This document shows positions 16,829 through 24,364 of a stretch of DNA of 37,179 nt, piece after piece. A program made the position numbers and the translations under genes. The DNA is from a virus (taxonomy: Duplodnaviria; Caudoviricetes), in IMG/VR virus record IMGVR_UViG_3300032269_000625, positions 1 to 37,179 of that record, one strand, 5' to 3'. A model generated the notes under the pieces. The model searched no databases. It was given only the letters and a program-made list of their open reading frames with translations, and had not been told where the DNA came from. Every line of letters starts with the position of its first letter. The first letter of the stretch is position 1.

Positions 16829-17187
16829 AAAAAGACCATCACAATCGAGAGGTTGTCCAACAACCCGACATTCCTTCACCCGCCGAGCTGGCATCCATCG
16901 CTGACGATCTGGAAAAACAGACCGAAAGCGTAGATCAGCTGGAGTTCTTGGTTACTATCCTTGACAAGCTGACCGAGCTTGACCCGAAGGCCAACGAGAC
17001 GGCCTCCAACTTCAAGTGGAAGCTGGAGTTTCACCCCTCCGACCTCCGCTTCCTATCCGACTCGCTCTCCAAGCTGGCAGACGGATTGGAGTATCACGAT
17101 ATGGAGTCGGACGGCGTTCTGGAATCCATCGAGCATATCCGTGAGATGCTCGCACTAAAGGCCACCAAGGCCGTAGGGAGGGCGTAA
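16825..17187 (+). CDS. Hypothetical helical protein
   Basis: 120 aa ORF starting at the motif. Confidence 0.7.
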   Translation: MKKDHHNREVVQQPDIPSPAELASIADDLEKQTESVDQLEFLVTILDKLTELDPKANETASNFKWKLEFHPSDLRFLSDSLSKLADGLEYHDMESDGVLESIEHIREMLALKATKAVGRA

Positions 17188-17435
17188 TGAAGATAAACAA
17201 CCAAGAAACTACGGCCAAGGCTTTCGCCTACGATGATTGCCACAAAATCTATCTGCTCGAAAGGGATTCAGATTGGAAAGACGCAAGCGGTAGCGGATAC
17301 ACCATACTGCCCATCGAGAAGCTGATTGAAACCTACGAGGTAAGTTGCGATCTGCGATTCATCTCAAACTGGGCATTGAACAAGCAATTTGTTCGGCAAT
17401 TTGAACCCGCAGCCTTTGACGAGGTTCTGGCGTGA
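17187..17435 (+). CDS. Conserved phage hypothetical protein
   Basis: FAYDDCHKIYL...GY...PI..L...Y..SC.LRFISNW pattern. Confidence 0.75.
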   Translation: MKINNQETTAKAFAYDDCHKIYLLERDSDWKDASGSGYTILPIEKLIETYEVSCDLRFISNWALNKQFVRQFEPAAFDEVLA

Positions 17436-17458
17436 CGGACGGCCGGAGTTGAACCTTT
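17436..17458 (+). promoter_or_regulatory. Motif copy 6 (GTTGAA variant)
   Basis: CGGAC ggccgga GTTGAA ccttt, then ATG at 17459. Abuts the upstream TGA. Confidence 0.7.
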
Positions 17459-17896
17459 ATGAAAACCAAAACACCCAAACTCAAAATAGACCAACCCGAA
17501 GTCCCCAAAACCCCACTCCGCCTCCTCGCCGATGCCTTGAGACCATACAAGGTGACGGATATGGAAGTCGATTTCGCTGGGTGTGGCGACTCTGGCGACA
17601 TCAATGACATTCGTTTCTACAAACTGAAGTCAGACAAAAGGGCGATGAGTGGCATTTCGCCTTCCGAGATTAATTACCAAGACATCCCCTCCGACCTCCG
17701 AGATGAGGCTCGTACGATTGCCAACTCGATCATCCTAAAGCTGTCTGGGGATTGGTGGAACAATGATGGCGGATATGGGTCTGTCCAAGTCGATTTCGTG
17801 AACGGCAAGGTCAGCCTCGAAGGCAACTACTACGAAATGCGTGTGAGCGAAACCGAAACCTTGGAAATGGATTTAGACTTAAAGCATCACGAATAA
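17459..17896 (+). CDS. DUF6878-like protein
   Basis: VDFAGCGDSGDI...WWNNDGGYG pattern, paired with the following DUF6915-like gene. Confidence 0.7.
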   Translation: MKTKTPKLKIDQPEVPKTPLRLLADALRPYKVTDMEVDFAGCGDSGDINDIRFYKLKSDKRAMSGISPSEINYQDIPSDLRDEARTIANSIILKLSGDWWNNDGGYGSVQVDFVNGKVSLEGNYYEMRVSETETLEMDLDLKHHE

Positions 17897-18273
17897 TGAA
17901 TCCATACCATCACGCTCTCTCCTCCTCCAAGAAGTTCGGTGGCCTCCCCGAAGATTACCAAGCCATCCACGATTGGTTTGATGAGTCCAAGATGATGTAT
18001 GCCAACTTCCGCCATCGTGCCTTACGGCATCACGCCGAGGGTTGCTATATGGCGGAGAGAATCTTCGGCCATACCATCACCACCTCCAACGGAAAAAACA
18101 TTCCGACCAGATGGGTTGCCGAACAGCACATCTTGGAAGATATGGGCTTCATTCCTTCAATGCAGGACTGGCTCTCCAACATCTCTGCTCAAGAATGGAT
18201 GAGGCCGAAGTTCGATAAGGCAGACCAACCCGCCACGCTCAAGACAACCAAGCTGGAGGTGAGCTTCAAATGA
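17896..18273 (+). CDS. DUF6915-like protein
   Basis: PYHHALSS.KKFGG.PEDY..IHDWFDESK...FRHRALRHHAEG...AEQHILED pattern. Confidence 0.8.
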   Translation: MNPYHHALSSSKKFGGLPEDYQAIHDWFDESKMMYANFRHRALRHHAEGCYMAERIFGHTITTSNGKNIPTRWVAEQHILEDMGFIPSMQDWLSNISAQEWMRPKFDKADQPATLKTTKLEVSFK

Positions 18274-18425
18274 CTTGGGAGGAACGAGTGACTCAACTGG
18301 AGGAGGAAGGTTGCACCCGAAGCGATGCCCAAGGGGGCGTAGATGTTGAGATTCTCAACGGATGGAGGCCATCCGACTTTCAGCCGTGGATGCTTCTCCC
18401 GAAAATCACGGACTCTCAAAGTTAA
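18270..18425 (+). CDS. 51 aa hypothetical protein
   Basis: MTWEERVTQLEEEGCTRSDAQG... Its stop codon is the TAA inside motif copy 7. Confidence 0.6.
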   Translation: MTWEERVTQLEEEGCTRSDAQGGVDVEILNGWRPSDFQPWMLLPKITDSQS

Positions 18426-18431
18426 AGCTGT
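18409..18431 (+). promoter_or_regulatory. Motif copy 7 (GTTAAA variant)
   Basis: CGGAC tctcaaa GTTAAA gctgt, then ATG at 18432. Confidence 0.7.
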
Positions 18432-18995
18432 ATGATCGACCTATCCAAAGTCCAATCGAAGGCCAACAAAACCAAGTCGGCCAAAACCGAGAAACTATCC
18501 ATCCCTGCCAACCCCGAACTGGTAGACTCCTTTGCGGAGGCCAAGGAATCCTATGCCTCTGCCGAAGGGGCGTTTGAGGTTGCCAAGCAACAGCTCCTCG
18601 CCGAAGTGACTCTGCCGTGGTTCAAGACCATCGCCGACCTAGCCAAGGCCAACCAAGAAGTGCCGTCCTCTGGCGTTCTGCTTGGCAAGTCCAAGGTTTG
18701 CCGTTTGACAATGACAAAGCGGTATCCAGTTATCGAAACCGCCCCCAGCGGATTGGAGCAACACTTCCGCCAAGCGTTCACATTCAAAATTGACGGCTCG
18801 AAGTTGCCACCCGCAACCGCTCAAGAGTTCGTCAATCGCTTGACCGAGCTTCTGCCGTTGGCTGGCGATGCGGTGGACATTAAAATCGGCGTGACTCCGA
18901 CTCCCAGCTTCCACACGGAGCGAGCCAAACTGCTCACGCCCGATGGCAACATTGAGTTCCAGAAAATCTGCCCTGCCGTTATCTATGTCGCTTAA
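18432..18995 (+). CDS. Hypothetical protein
   Basis: 187 aa ORF starting at the motif. Confidence 0.75.
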   Translation: MIDLSKVQSKANKTKSAKTEKLSIPANPELVDSFAEAKESYASAEGAFEVAKQQLLAEVTLPWFKTIADLAKANQEVPSSGVLLGKSKVCRLTMTKRYPVIETAPSGLEQHFRQAFTFKIDGSKLPPATAQEFVNRLTELLPLAGDAVDIKIGVTPTPSFHTERAKLLTPDGNIEFQKICPAVIYVA

Positions 18996-19617
18996 AACTG
19001 AATCCGTGCCGTTGCAGTTCTATCCTGCTCGGCCTACCAACTGGCCTAACTCTCGGAATGTCCTGCCCGCAAAATGTTGGGCGTGTGAGCCAAAAATTAA
19101 CGGCTGGCGAATCATTGTAGATACCGAGCTTCGCCAAGTCTGGAACAGACACGGCAAAATCTTTTCCCACGCCGACAAGGTGCTGGATATTCTTTCCCCA
19201 CTTCTCGCCACTTGGAACGCATCACGCTTTCTGGACGGCGAGTTTCTTGGACTCCGCACCAAGTTCGGAAAGGATTGTGTTGTTCTGTTTGACTCAATGG
19301 ATTTGAACGACTCGACTTCCTACGAGATTCGCAAGACCCGACTGATGGACGCAATCGGGGAAAGTCCCCTACAAATGTTTGACTGGAACAAGGGGCTTTC
19401 GCCAATCAGCTATTTGCCCGACTGCTTGCCTTCTGGAATAAGCTGTTGGGGTGTCTCGAATTGGATGGAGAGCTTTAACAAGGAGGTTGGCGAGGATTTC
19501 TTTGAGGGCTGGGTTTTCAAAGATCGTGGGGCTTATCCGTGGCAACGCACGGCCACCGCTCATTCCGCTCAATGGATTAAAGACCGCTACATTGTCCCAA
19601 GGGGTGACGGACTCTGA
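18985..19617 (+). CDS. ATP-dependent ligase-like nucleotidyltransferase (adenylation domain only)
   Basis: Motifs I EPKINGWR, Ia NRHGK, III LDGEF, IIIa VLFD, IV EGWVFK and V WIK. No OB domain. Confidence 0.8.
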   Translation: MSLKTESVPLQFYPARPTNWPNSRNVLPAKCWACEPKINGWRIIVDTELRQVWNRHGKIFSHADKVLDILSPLLATWNASRFLDGEFLGLRTKFGKDCVVLFDSMDLNDSTSYEIRKTRLMDAIGESPLQMFDWNKGLSPISYLPDCLPSGISCWGVSNWMESFNKEVGEDFFEGWVFKDRGAYPWQRTATAHSAQWIKDRYIVPRGDGL

Positions 19618-19629
19618 TCGTTTAATGTT
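19608..19629 (+). promoter_or_regulatory. Motif copy 8
   Basis: CGGAC tctgatc GTTTAA tgtt, then ATG at 19630. Confidence 0.8.
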
Positions 19630-19842
19630 ATGAACCAAATTAACATAGACAACGCCGTTGCCTTGGCATCGGAAAAAACCGCTGGCTTTGACGAGATTCG
19701 CCAAGCCGTTCTCATCTTGGGAATGGAATTGGGCAGACTCCAAAAAGCCAAACAGATTGAACAAGACCGACTCGACTGGGAGATGTCGGACTATTACTCA
19801 AGCCTACACGAGTTCCCATTCAAACGGACGGAGGCCGTTTAA
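19630..19842 (+). CDS. Hypothetical protein
   Basis: 70 aa. Starts at copy 8 and ends on the TAA of copy 9. Confidence 0.65.
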   Translation: MNQINIDNAVALASEKTAGFDEIRQAVLILGMELGRLQKAKQIEQDRLDWEMSDYYSSLHEFPFKRTEAV

Positions 19843-19846
19843 CTTT
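19825..19846 (+). promoter_or_regulatory. Motif copy 9
   Basis: CGGAC ggaggcc GTTTAA cttt, then ATG at 19847. Confidence 0.8.
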
Positions 19847-20230
19847 ATGACTACAACCACAGACCTAATCCAGCACACCGACCAGATACGAAACCTTAAC
19901 GACTACTTCCGCAAGCATCCAGAAAAGTGGAAGTGGAACGGCGAAAACCTTGGGAGGATTGTTATGACAAGAGGCGTTCAGTCCTTACTCAATGACAAGT
20001 CTCCAGTATTGTCGGCGGAATTGATGGACAAGGTTCAAACCTTCGACTCCTTTGATGAGGGCAACGATCCACACGGCGAACACGATTTCTTTGCCTTCGA
20101 CTTCCGTGGCAAAAAGCTATTCGCCAAAATCGACTACTACGACACCAATTACGAATACGGCTCACCGAATCCCGCTGACCCCTCTCAAACTCGCCGAGTG
20201 CTGACCCTTATGCTTTCGGAGGAGTATTGA
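19847..20230 (+). CDS. DUF3768-family protein
   Basis: IRNLND.FR, MTRGV, NDPHGEHDF, KIDYYD, GS.NPADP..TRRVLTLML.EEY. Confidence 0.85.
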   Translation: MTTTTDLIQHTDQIRNLNDYFRKHPEKWKWNGENLGRIVMTRGVQSLLNDKSPVLSAELMDKVQTFDSFDEGNDPHGEHDFFAFDFRGKKLFAKIDYYDTNYEYGSPNPADPSQTRRVLTLMLSEEY

Positions 20231-20299
20231 GTGGAGTTCGTTCTCTTGTTTGCGATCTTTAGCGTCTCCGTGTTTCTGATCTGGCTTGCGGGACGCTGA
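20231..20299 (+). CDS. Possible 22 aa hydrophobic peptide
   Basis: GTG right after the DUF3768 stop. Translation VEFVLLFAIFSVSVFLIWLAGR. Confidence 0.3.
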   Translation: MEFVLLFAIFSVSVFLIWLAGR

Positions 20300-20356
20300 C
20301 AGACTTCGCTCAAACTTGCCACGCCCAGAAGGCCACTCGCAAGTTTTGTCAATCGC

Positions 20357-20392
20357 TGGCTTGGCGAGAGCAATAAATCCAAGCCACTTTTT
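20357..20392 (+). terminator. Possible intrinsic terminator
   Basis: TGGCTTGG-N14-CCAAGCCA followed by CTTTTT, directly before motif copy 10. The loop is unusually long. Confidence 0.35.
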
Positions 20393-20414
20393 CGGACGGC
20401 AAGCGTTTAAGGTT
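20393..20414 (+). promoter_or_regulatory. Motif copy 10
   Basis: CGGAC ggcaagc GTTTAA ggtt, then ATG at 20415. Confidence 0.8.
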
Positions 20415-20840
20415 ATGACAACCTACAAATTGAATCCATACGCAGACATCAACGGCACTTACAAAGTAGCCACACTCAAAACAACCTTCGGGCAACTCTT
20501 GGCAGTTTTCGGGATGCCCGAAGAATCAGACGGCTACAAGTCCAGCGGAGATTGGCTTTTCAGTTCGGACAATGGCGACACTTTCACCATCTACGACTGG
20601 AAGGCCACGAATCTCTATGATTCCAGCTTACCCAGCGTGGAGGACTTTCGGCGTTCAGCCGAGGTCGTGGAGTTTTCCGTTGGTGGCCGTGGCGATGCTT
20701 CCCAGTTCCTATCTTGGGTATCTTGGCTGATAAACGAATTGACACCCGAAGCGGTGCAGTTGGCTGTTTTTGAACACTTGGACAAGAATGGGTGGAAGCC
20801 GTCTTTGATGTCGGCCAGTTGGCGGACGCTTGCGGTTTAA
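20415..20840 (+). CDS. Conserved phage hypothetical protein
   Basis: L.AVFG.P...DGYK....W......FTIYDWK...FSVGG pattern. Ends on the TAA of copy 11. Confidence 0.75.
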   Translation: MTTYKLNPYADINGTYKVATLKTTFGQLLAVFGMPEESDGYKSSGDWLFSSDNGDTFTIYDWKATNLYDSSLPSVEDFRRSAEVVEFSVGGRGDASQFLSWVSWLINELTPEAVQLAVFEHLDKNGWKPSLMSASWRTLAV

Positions 20841-20844
20841 GTTT
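20823..20844 (+). promoter_or_regulatory. Motif copy 11
   Basis: CGGAC gcttgcg GTTTAA gttt, then ATG at 20845. Confidence 0.8.
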
Positions 20845-20994
20845 ATGACAACACAAATGATTGAAGCCCAAGTCGGAGGGGCAGAAGTCTCCGACTCTTT
20901 GTATCTCTTATTTGTCGCTCCGTGGAAATGCCAGATCACGAAGGAGCAGATGGAGGAGATCGAGGCAGAGGAGTGCGAGCCGTTGATTGACTAA
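20845..20994 (+). CDS. 49 aa acidic peptide
   Basis: MTTQMIEAQVGGAEVSDSLYLLF..., starting at the motif. Confidence 0.55.
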   Translation: MTTQMIEAQVGGAEVSDSLYLLFVAPWKCQITKEQMEEIEAEECEPLID

Positions 20995-20995
20995 A

Positions 20996-21118
20996 ATGAA
21001 GATCAACAAAATCAAAACCGAAGCCTTGCAGAAACTAAAAACGGAGCTGGAGCAGACCCAAAAAAACTCTGCTTACTTCCAGCACATCACCGAAGAATTA
21101 CAAAGGAGGAACAAATGA
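20996..21118 (+). CDS. 40 aa helical peptide
   Basis: MKINKIKTEALQKLKTELEQ...ELQRRNK. ATGA overlap with the next gene. Confidence 0.5.
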   Translation: MKINKIKTEALQKLKTELEQTQKNSAYFQHITEELQRRNK

Positions 21119-21354
21119 AAGACCGCAGTTTCAGCGAAATGCTACAAGCCAGAATTGACCAGATCAACCGCAGACAAGAGCGGAACAGAAAAGCGATGAT
21201 GGACGCTATCAGACGAGTTGAGCAACGGAAAGCCATCGAGCGGGAAGCGATGGAATCAAACGGCACGGATGGATTGCAACCGAGCCAGTTTTTTGAACCC
21301 GCCGAGATGGGGCAGATGAAGCCCATCAGATTGAGCGAGCTGGTCAGCAAATAA
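21115..21354 (+). CDS. Hypothetical coiled-coil protein
   Basis: 79 aa, with AGGAGG upstream. Confidence 0.65.
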   Translation: MKDRSFSEMLQARIDQINRRQERNRKAMMDAIRRVEQRKAIEREAMESNGTDGLQPSQFFEPAEMGQMKPIRLSELVSK

Positions 21355-21369
21355 CGAAAGGAGGTTCAA

Positions 21370-21543
21370 ATGTTCAAGCTAGAAATCAAAACGGCCAACG
21401 AGGCATTTAGCGATCACCCGCATTGGGAGATTGCCCGAATCCTTAAAAAGTTGGCAGAGAAGTTGGAAAATGAGGTGTTCGATGATTCGTGCGTTCTTGT
21501 CGATATTAACGGCAACAGCGTGGGCAAGGCGGTTTGGAAATAA
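21370..21543 (+). CDS. 57 aa conserved phage protein
   Basis: MFKLEIKTANEAF....EIARILKKLAEKL...DINGNSVG. AGGAGG SD upstream. Confidence 0.75.
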   Translation: MFKLEIKTANEAFSDHPHWEIARILKKLAEKLENEVFDDSCVLVDINGNSVGKAVWK

Positions 21544-21591
21544 GGAAAGGAAAGGCGGGGCGGGGAAGTGACTAACCCGAAACCCCAAAGA

Positions 21592-21614
21592 CGGACGGCA
21601 TCGGTTTAATGGGT
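21592..21614 (+). promoter_or_regulatory. Motif copy 12
   Basis: CGGAC ggcatcg GTTTAA tgggt, then ATG at 21615. Confidence 0.8.
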
Positions 21615-22118
21615 ATGACAACACAATTCGCCGAAATTAACCCAGAAACCGCAACCCAAACGACTGACGCAGTTTGTCCAGTAGGCAAATGGAGGGGAAC
21701 GCCCATCAGCCAAATGCCCGAACCCACCTTGCGTTGGTTCGCTAAAAACTGGCAAGCAAACCCCCGATACTCTGACAGCGTGGCTTTCCGTGAAGCCGTG
21801 GACGCTTGGCTTATCGCCCACCCCGAACCCCAGAAGATCACAAGGGAAGGGATGTTTAGGGACGAGCAAGGCCGTGTATTCCGTGTCCAACAAGCACAAG
21901 CGGGGCATCTTTACGCCCTTATGCTTGAACCCGCATCGGGGCAGTTCGTTTATATCCGAGGCTCGATGGCTGGACTCAGCGAGACCAGCCGACTGACCCT
22001 TGACGAGTGCAAGGCAATCGGAAAGGCAATCGGGCGGTGCGTGGTATGCGGTGCAAGGCTGACTGACCCAGCCAGCGTAGAGCGGGGCATCGGCCCGATC
22101 TGTGCAAACAAAATCTAG
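21615..22118 (+). CDS. DUF6011-like zinc-ribbon protein with an N-terminal domain shared with ERF
   Basis: C-terminal CVVCGARLTDPASVERGIGPIC. N-terminal CPVGKWRGTPISQMP...W is QSregVF_b/DUF3820-like. Confidence 0.8.
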   Translation: MTTQFAEINPETATQTTDAVCPVGKWRGTPISQMPEPTLRWFAKNWQANPRYSDSVAFREAVDAWLIAHPEPQKITREGMFRDEQGRVFRVQQAQAGHLYALMLEPASGQFVYIRGSMAGLSETSRLTLDECKAIGKAIGRCVVCGARLTDPASVERGIGPICANKI

Positions 22119-22125
22119 GCAGGGA

Positions 22126-22154
22126 ATGGGCAGAGGTTCGACCCCTTTGCCCAT
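22126..22154 (+). other. 11-bp hairpin with a tRNA T-loop-like 7-nt loop
   Basis: ATGGGCAGAGG-TTCGACC-CCTTTGCCCAT (one G-U pair), 7 nt after the stop codon. Confidence 0.6.
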
Positions 22155-22492
22155 CGACTCACCCACGCAAATGGGGGAGGTGGTGCGAGATGGCAAGGAT
22201 TTACGCAGGACAGCCCGAAAGGGGAGGATTTCGGGCGGAAGCAGGGCAACACAAGAGGCCGAAAGGCCGATGCCACCCAGACCCACCCCCGAAATCCACA
22301 CGCCAAAGTTCAACGGATAACGTAATATAATTGAATAGGGTTCCCTGCCCCCCCCCCAACATTTTATTTAACCAGGAGTCCCTAAAATCAGACCCACCCG
22401 GTATAATTTTTTTAGGCAGCCGGAGTCCCATTTTTGTGCCACCCCCCATATATTTTTTTTGACGCAGATAAGCAAATAGGCAAAGTCAAGAA

Positions 22493-22636
22493 ATGGACAA
22501 GGAACTGGAATCAGTTGAGGGCTTCTTGAATGCAGAAAAAGTGCTTTCTAGGGATCCGTTAGACTTTGATGACGCTAATAAGAATCGGATTGATGACCGG
22601 CTTGAGCCGAAATCCGAGATCCCACCCCAAAATTAA
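22493..22636 (+). CDS. Possible 47 aa protein
   Basis: MDKELESVEGFLNAEKVLSRDPLDFDD..., preceded by TTGACG-N16-CAAAGT-N6. Confidence 0.35.
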   Translation: MDKELESVEGFLNAEKVLSRDPLDFDDANKNRIDDRLEPKSEIPPQN

Positions 22637-23076
22637 AATCAACGCTAAGGCCTCTGGGAGGCCGTATAAATGATCTGAATTAGCAAATAGGGTGGTGTAT
22701 CCATTTGGTATATCGGACCATTTTTCAGGGATAACTATCTACTGCAAATATAGTTTGATCTTTATTATTAAGCATTTGTAGAAGCTAGTGTTAAATTGAT
22801 ATTTTAGTACCCGATAGCAACCCTTCTTTCCCCCTTGCATCCCCCTATCATCTGAAACTTAAATATAACTACCTTACTTATGGGTTATGTTATAACAGGA
22901 AATCTATCTTTAATACTGTATGATTAAGTGTAACCTTTATACATGTTGTAACATATATGTTATACTCCTGATCTGTAACTATTATGGAGAGATTTAAGAG
23001 AACCAATGTTGATAGTGAAGGCTATCTGGATACTAACACTAATTTAGTTAGCTATATTGAATTGGGTTAGTTTTTG

Positions 23077-23098
23077 CGGACGAAATATGTTTAAGGTT
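23077..23098 (+). promoter_or_regulatory. Motif copy 13
   Basis: CGGAC gaaatat GTTTAA ggtt, then ATG at 23099. Confidence 0.8.
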
Positions 23099-23524
23099 AT
23101 GAAAAATATAATACTGCTAACACTAGCCCTAACCCTCAACCTAAACGCCGGTGATCGGCCGCCACCTTGGCAAGCAATTGAACCCATGCGTAAGTATGGC
23201 GGAACCCAGCTGGTCAAAGTCAAAGAACGGGACGCAACCCTTGACGAAGTTAAGGCTTATGGTGATCTGGCACGGCGGGTTCCTGCGCACCTTATTTCCG
23301 AGGTGTCTTGTTATATGCCCGACTACTTGAAGGAGTTCTTTGTTAACGGCAAAAAGATGCCCGGCGCCCCATTCCCATCGGCTTACTGCTGGGACCGTTT
23401 TTATGCCGACGTTAATGCTGGCAAGAAGGTTCCCCTGCATTTGCGTCACATCGACAACTACAACAAATCCCAAGAGAAGTTCTTTAAGGACAATCCCGGA
23501 TCCAGACCCGAGGAGATCAAATGA
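23099..23524 (+). CDS. Putative exported protein
   Basis: Signal-peptide-like MKNIILLTLALTLNLNA. Starts at the motif. Confidence 0.7.
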   Translation: MKNIILLTLALTLNLNAGDRPPPWQAIEPMRKYGGTQLVKVKERDATLDEVKAYGDLARRVPAHLISEVSCYMPDYLKEFFVNGKKMPGAPFPSAYCWDRFYADVNAGKKVPLHLRHIDNYNKSQEKFFKDNPGSRPEEIK

Positions 23525-24147
23525 TTAACATCACCCCACGCAAAGTAGCGATCTACACCAGGGTTTCTACGGACGATCAAGACACCGCACTTCAGACAAC
23601 TGAGCTGCTTGAGTATTCCAAAAAACGCGGATGGGAGCCGATCTTGTTTGAGGACCACGGAATATCTGGAGCCAAGTTTGACCGACCAGCCCTAAACAAA
23701 ATGATGGATGCGGTTCGCTCAGGATCCGTAGATCTTGTGCTGACTTGGAAGCTTGATCGGATGGGTAGGTCAACCCAGCATCTAGCCGGAATCATTAACG
23801 AGCTTTTGGATTCTGATGTTGGTTTAGTCGTTCCAACCCAAGGTATCGATACGTCCGCTGGCTCAATCAATCCTGCCAGCAAACTTCAACTTAACGTGTT
23901 GGCGGCCGTGGCTGAGTTCGAGCGCGACTTGATCCGTGAACGAACTAAAGCTGGTATGAAAGCTGCCAAGTCTCGTGGGATCCTCATTGGTCGCAAAACC
24001 ATCGTGACTGAGGAACAGCTTGCCCACGCAAAACTTTTGGTTAGCACAGGCAACGACGTGACGATTCGCCATATTGCTACATCGGTTGGGGTTTCCCGCG
24101 GGACCGCATGGAGGCTCCGTCGCAAGATCGAGGACGGCTTAGTATGA
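23521..24147 (+). CDS. Small serine recombinase (resolvase/invertase family)
   Basis: YTRVSTDDQ catalytic Ser, DRPAL, KLDRMGRS, AEFERDLIRERTKAG and a C-terminal HTH. Confidence 0.95.
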   Translation: MINITPRKVAIYTRVSTDDQDTALQTTELLEYSKKRGWEPILFEDHGISGAKFDRPALNKMMDAVRSGSVDLVLTWKLDRMGRSTQHLAGIINELLDSDVGLVVPTQGIDTSAGSINPASKLQLNVLAAVAEFERDLIRERTKAGMKAAKSRGILIGRKTIVTEEQLAHAKLLVSTGNDVTIRHIATSVGVSRGTAWRLRRKIEDGLV

Positions 24148-24364
24148 AACCGATTGTGGGCGTAAAGATTATATGTAAGACGCCAGTACCAAGAGGGGAA
24201 CGAGTGGTTCACCATCACCCGCTTTTGGGATGGTTGCGGATTGTTTGGCTGCAACATCAGCACCGGATCCCGGTATTCCCCAAGTGGAAATGGAAAGGCA
24301 GGAACTAGCGGCACACTGCAAGGTTGAGGGTTGGCTTGGATTAGCAAGCGTACAAATTTGCAGC

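Noticed and set aside
22100-22170. tRNA gene at the GGTTCGACCC hairpin
   Set aside because: It is a single hairpin with no cloverleaf.
21606-22313. 235 aa minus-strand ORF
   Set aside because: It is antisense to the well-supported DUF6011-like gene and has no protein-like features.
22314-22331. Possible 14th motif copy (CGGAT-N7-TATAAT)
   Set aside because: Both halves mismatch the consensus and no ATG follows at the expected distance.
12802-23098. CRISPR array or integron attC array for the repeated motif
   Set aside because: Only 11 positions are conserved, the intervals are gene-sized and irregular, and there are no attC-like hairpins, cas genes or IntI-type integrase.
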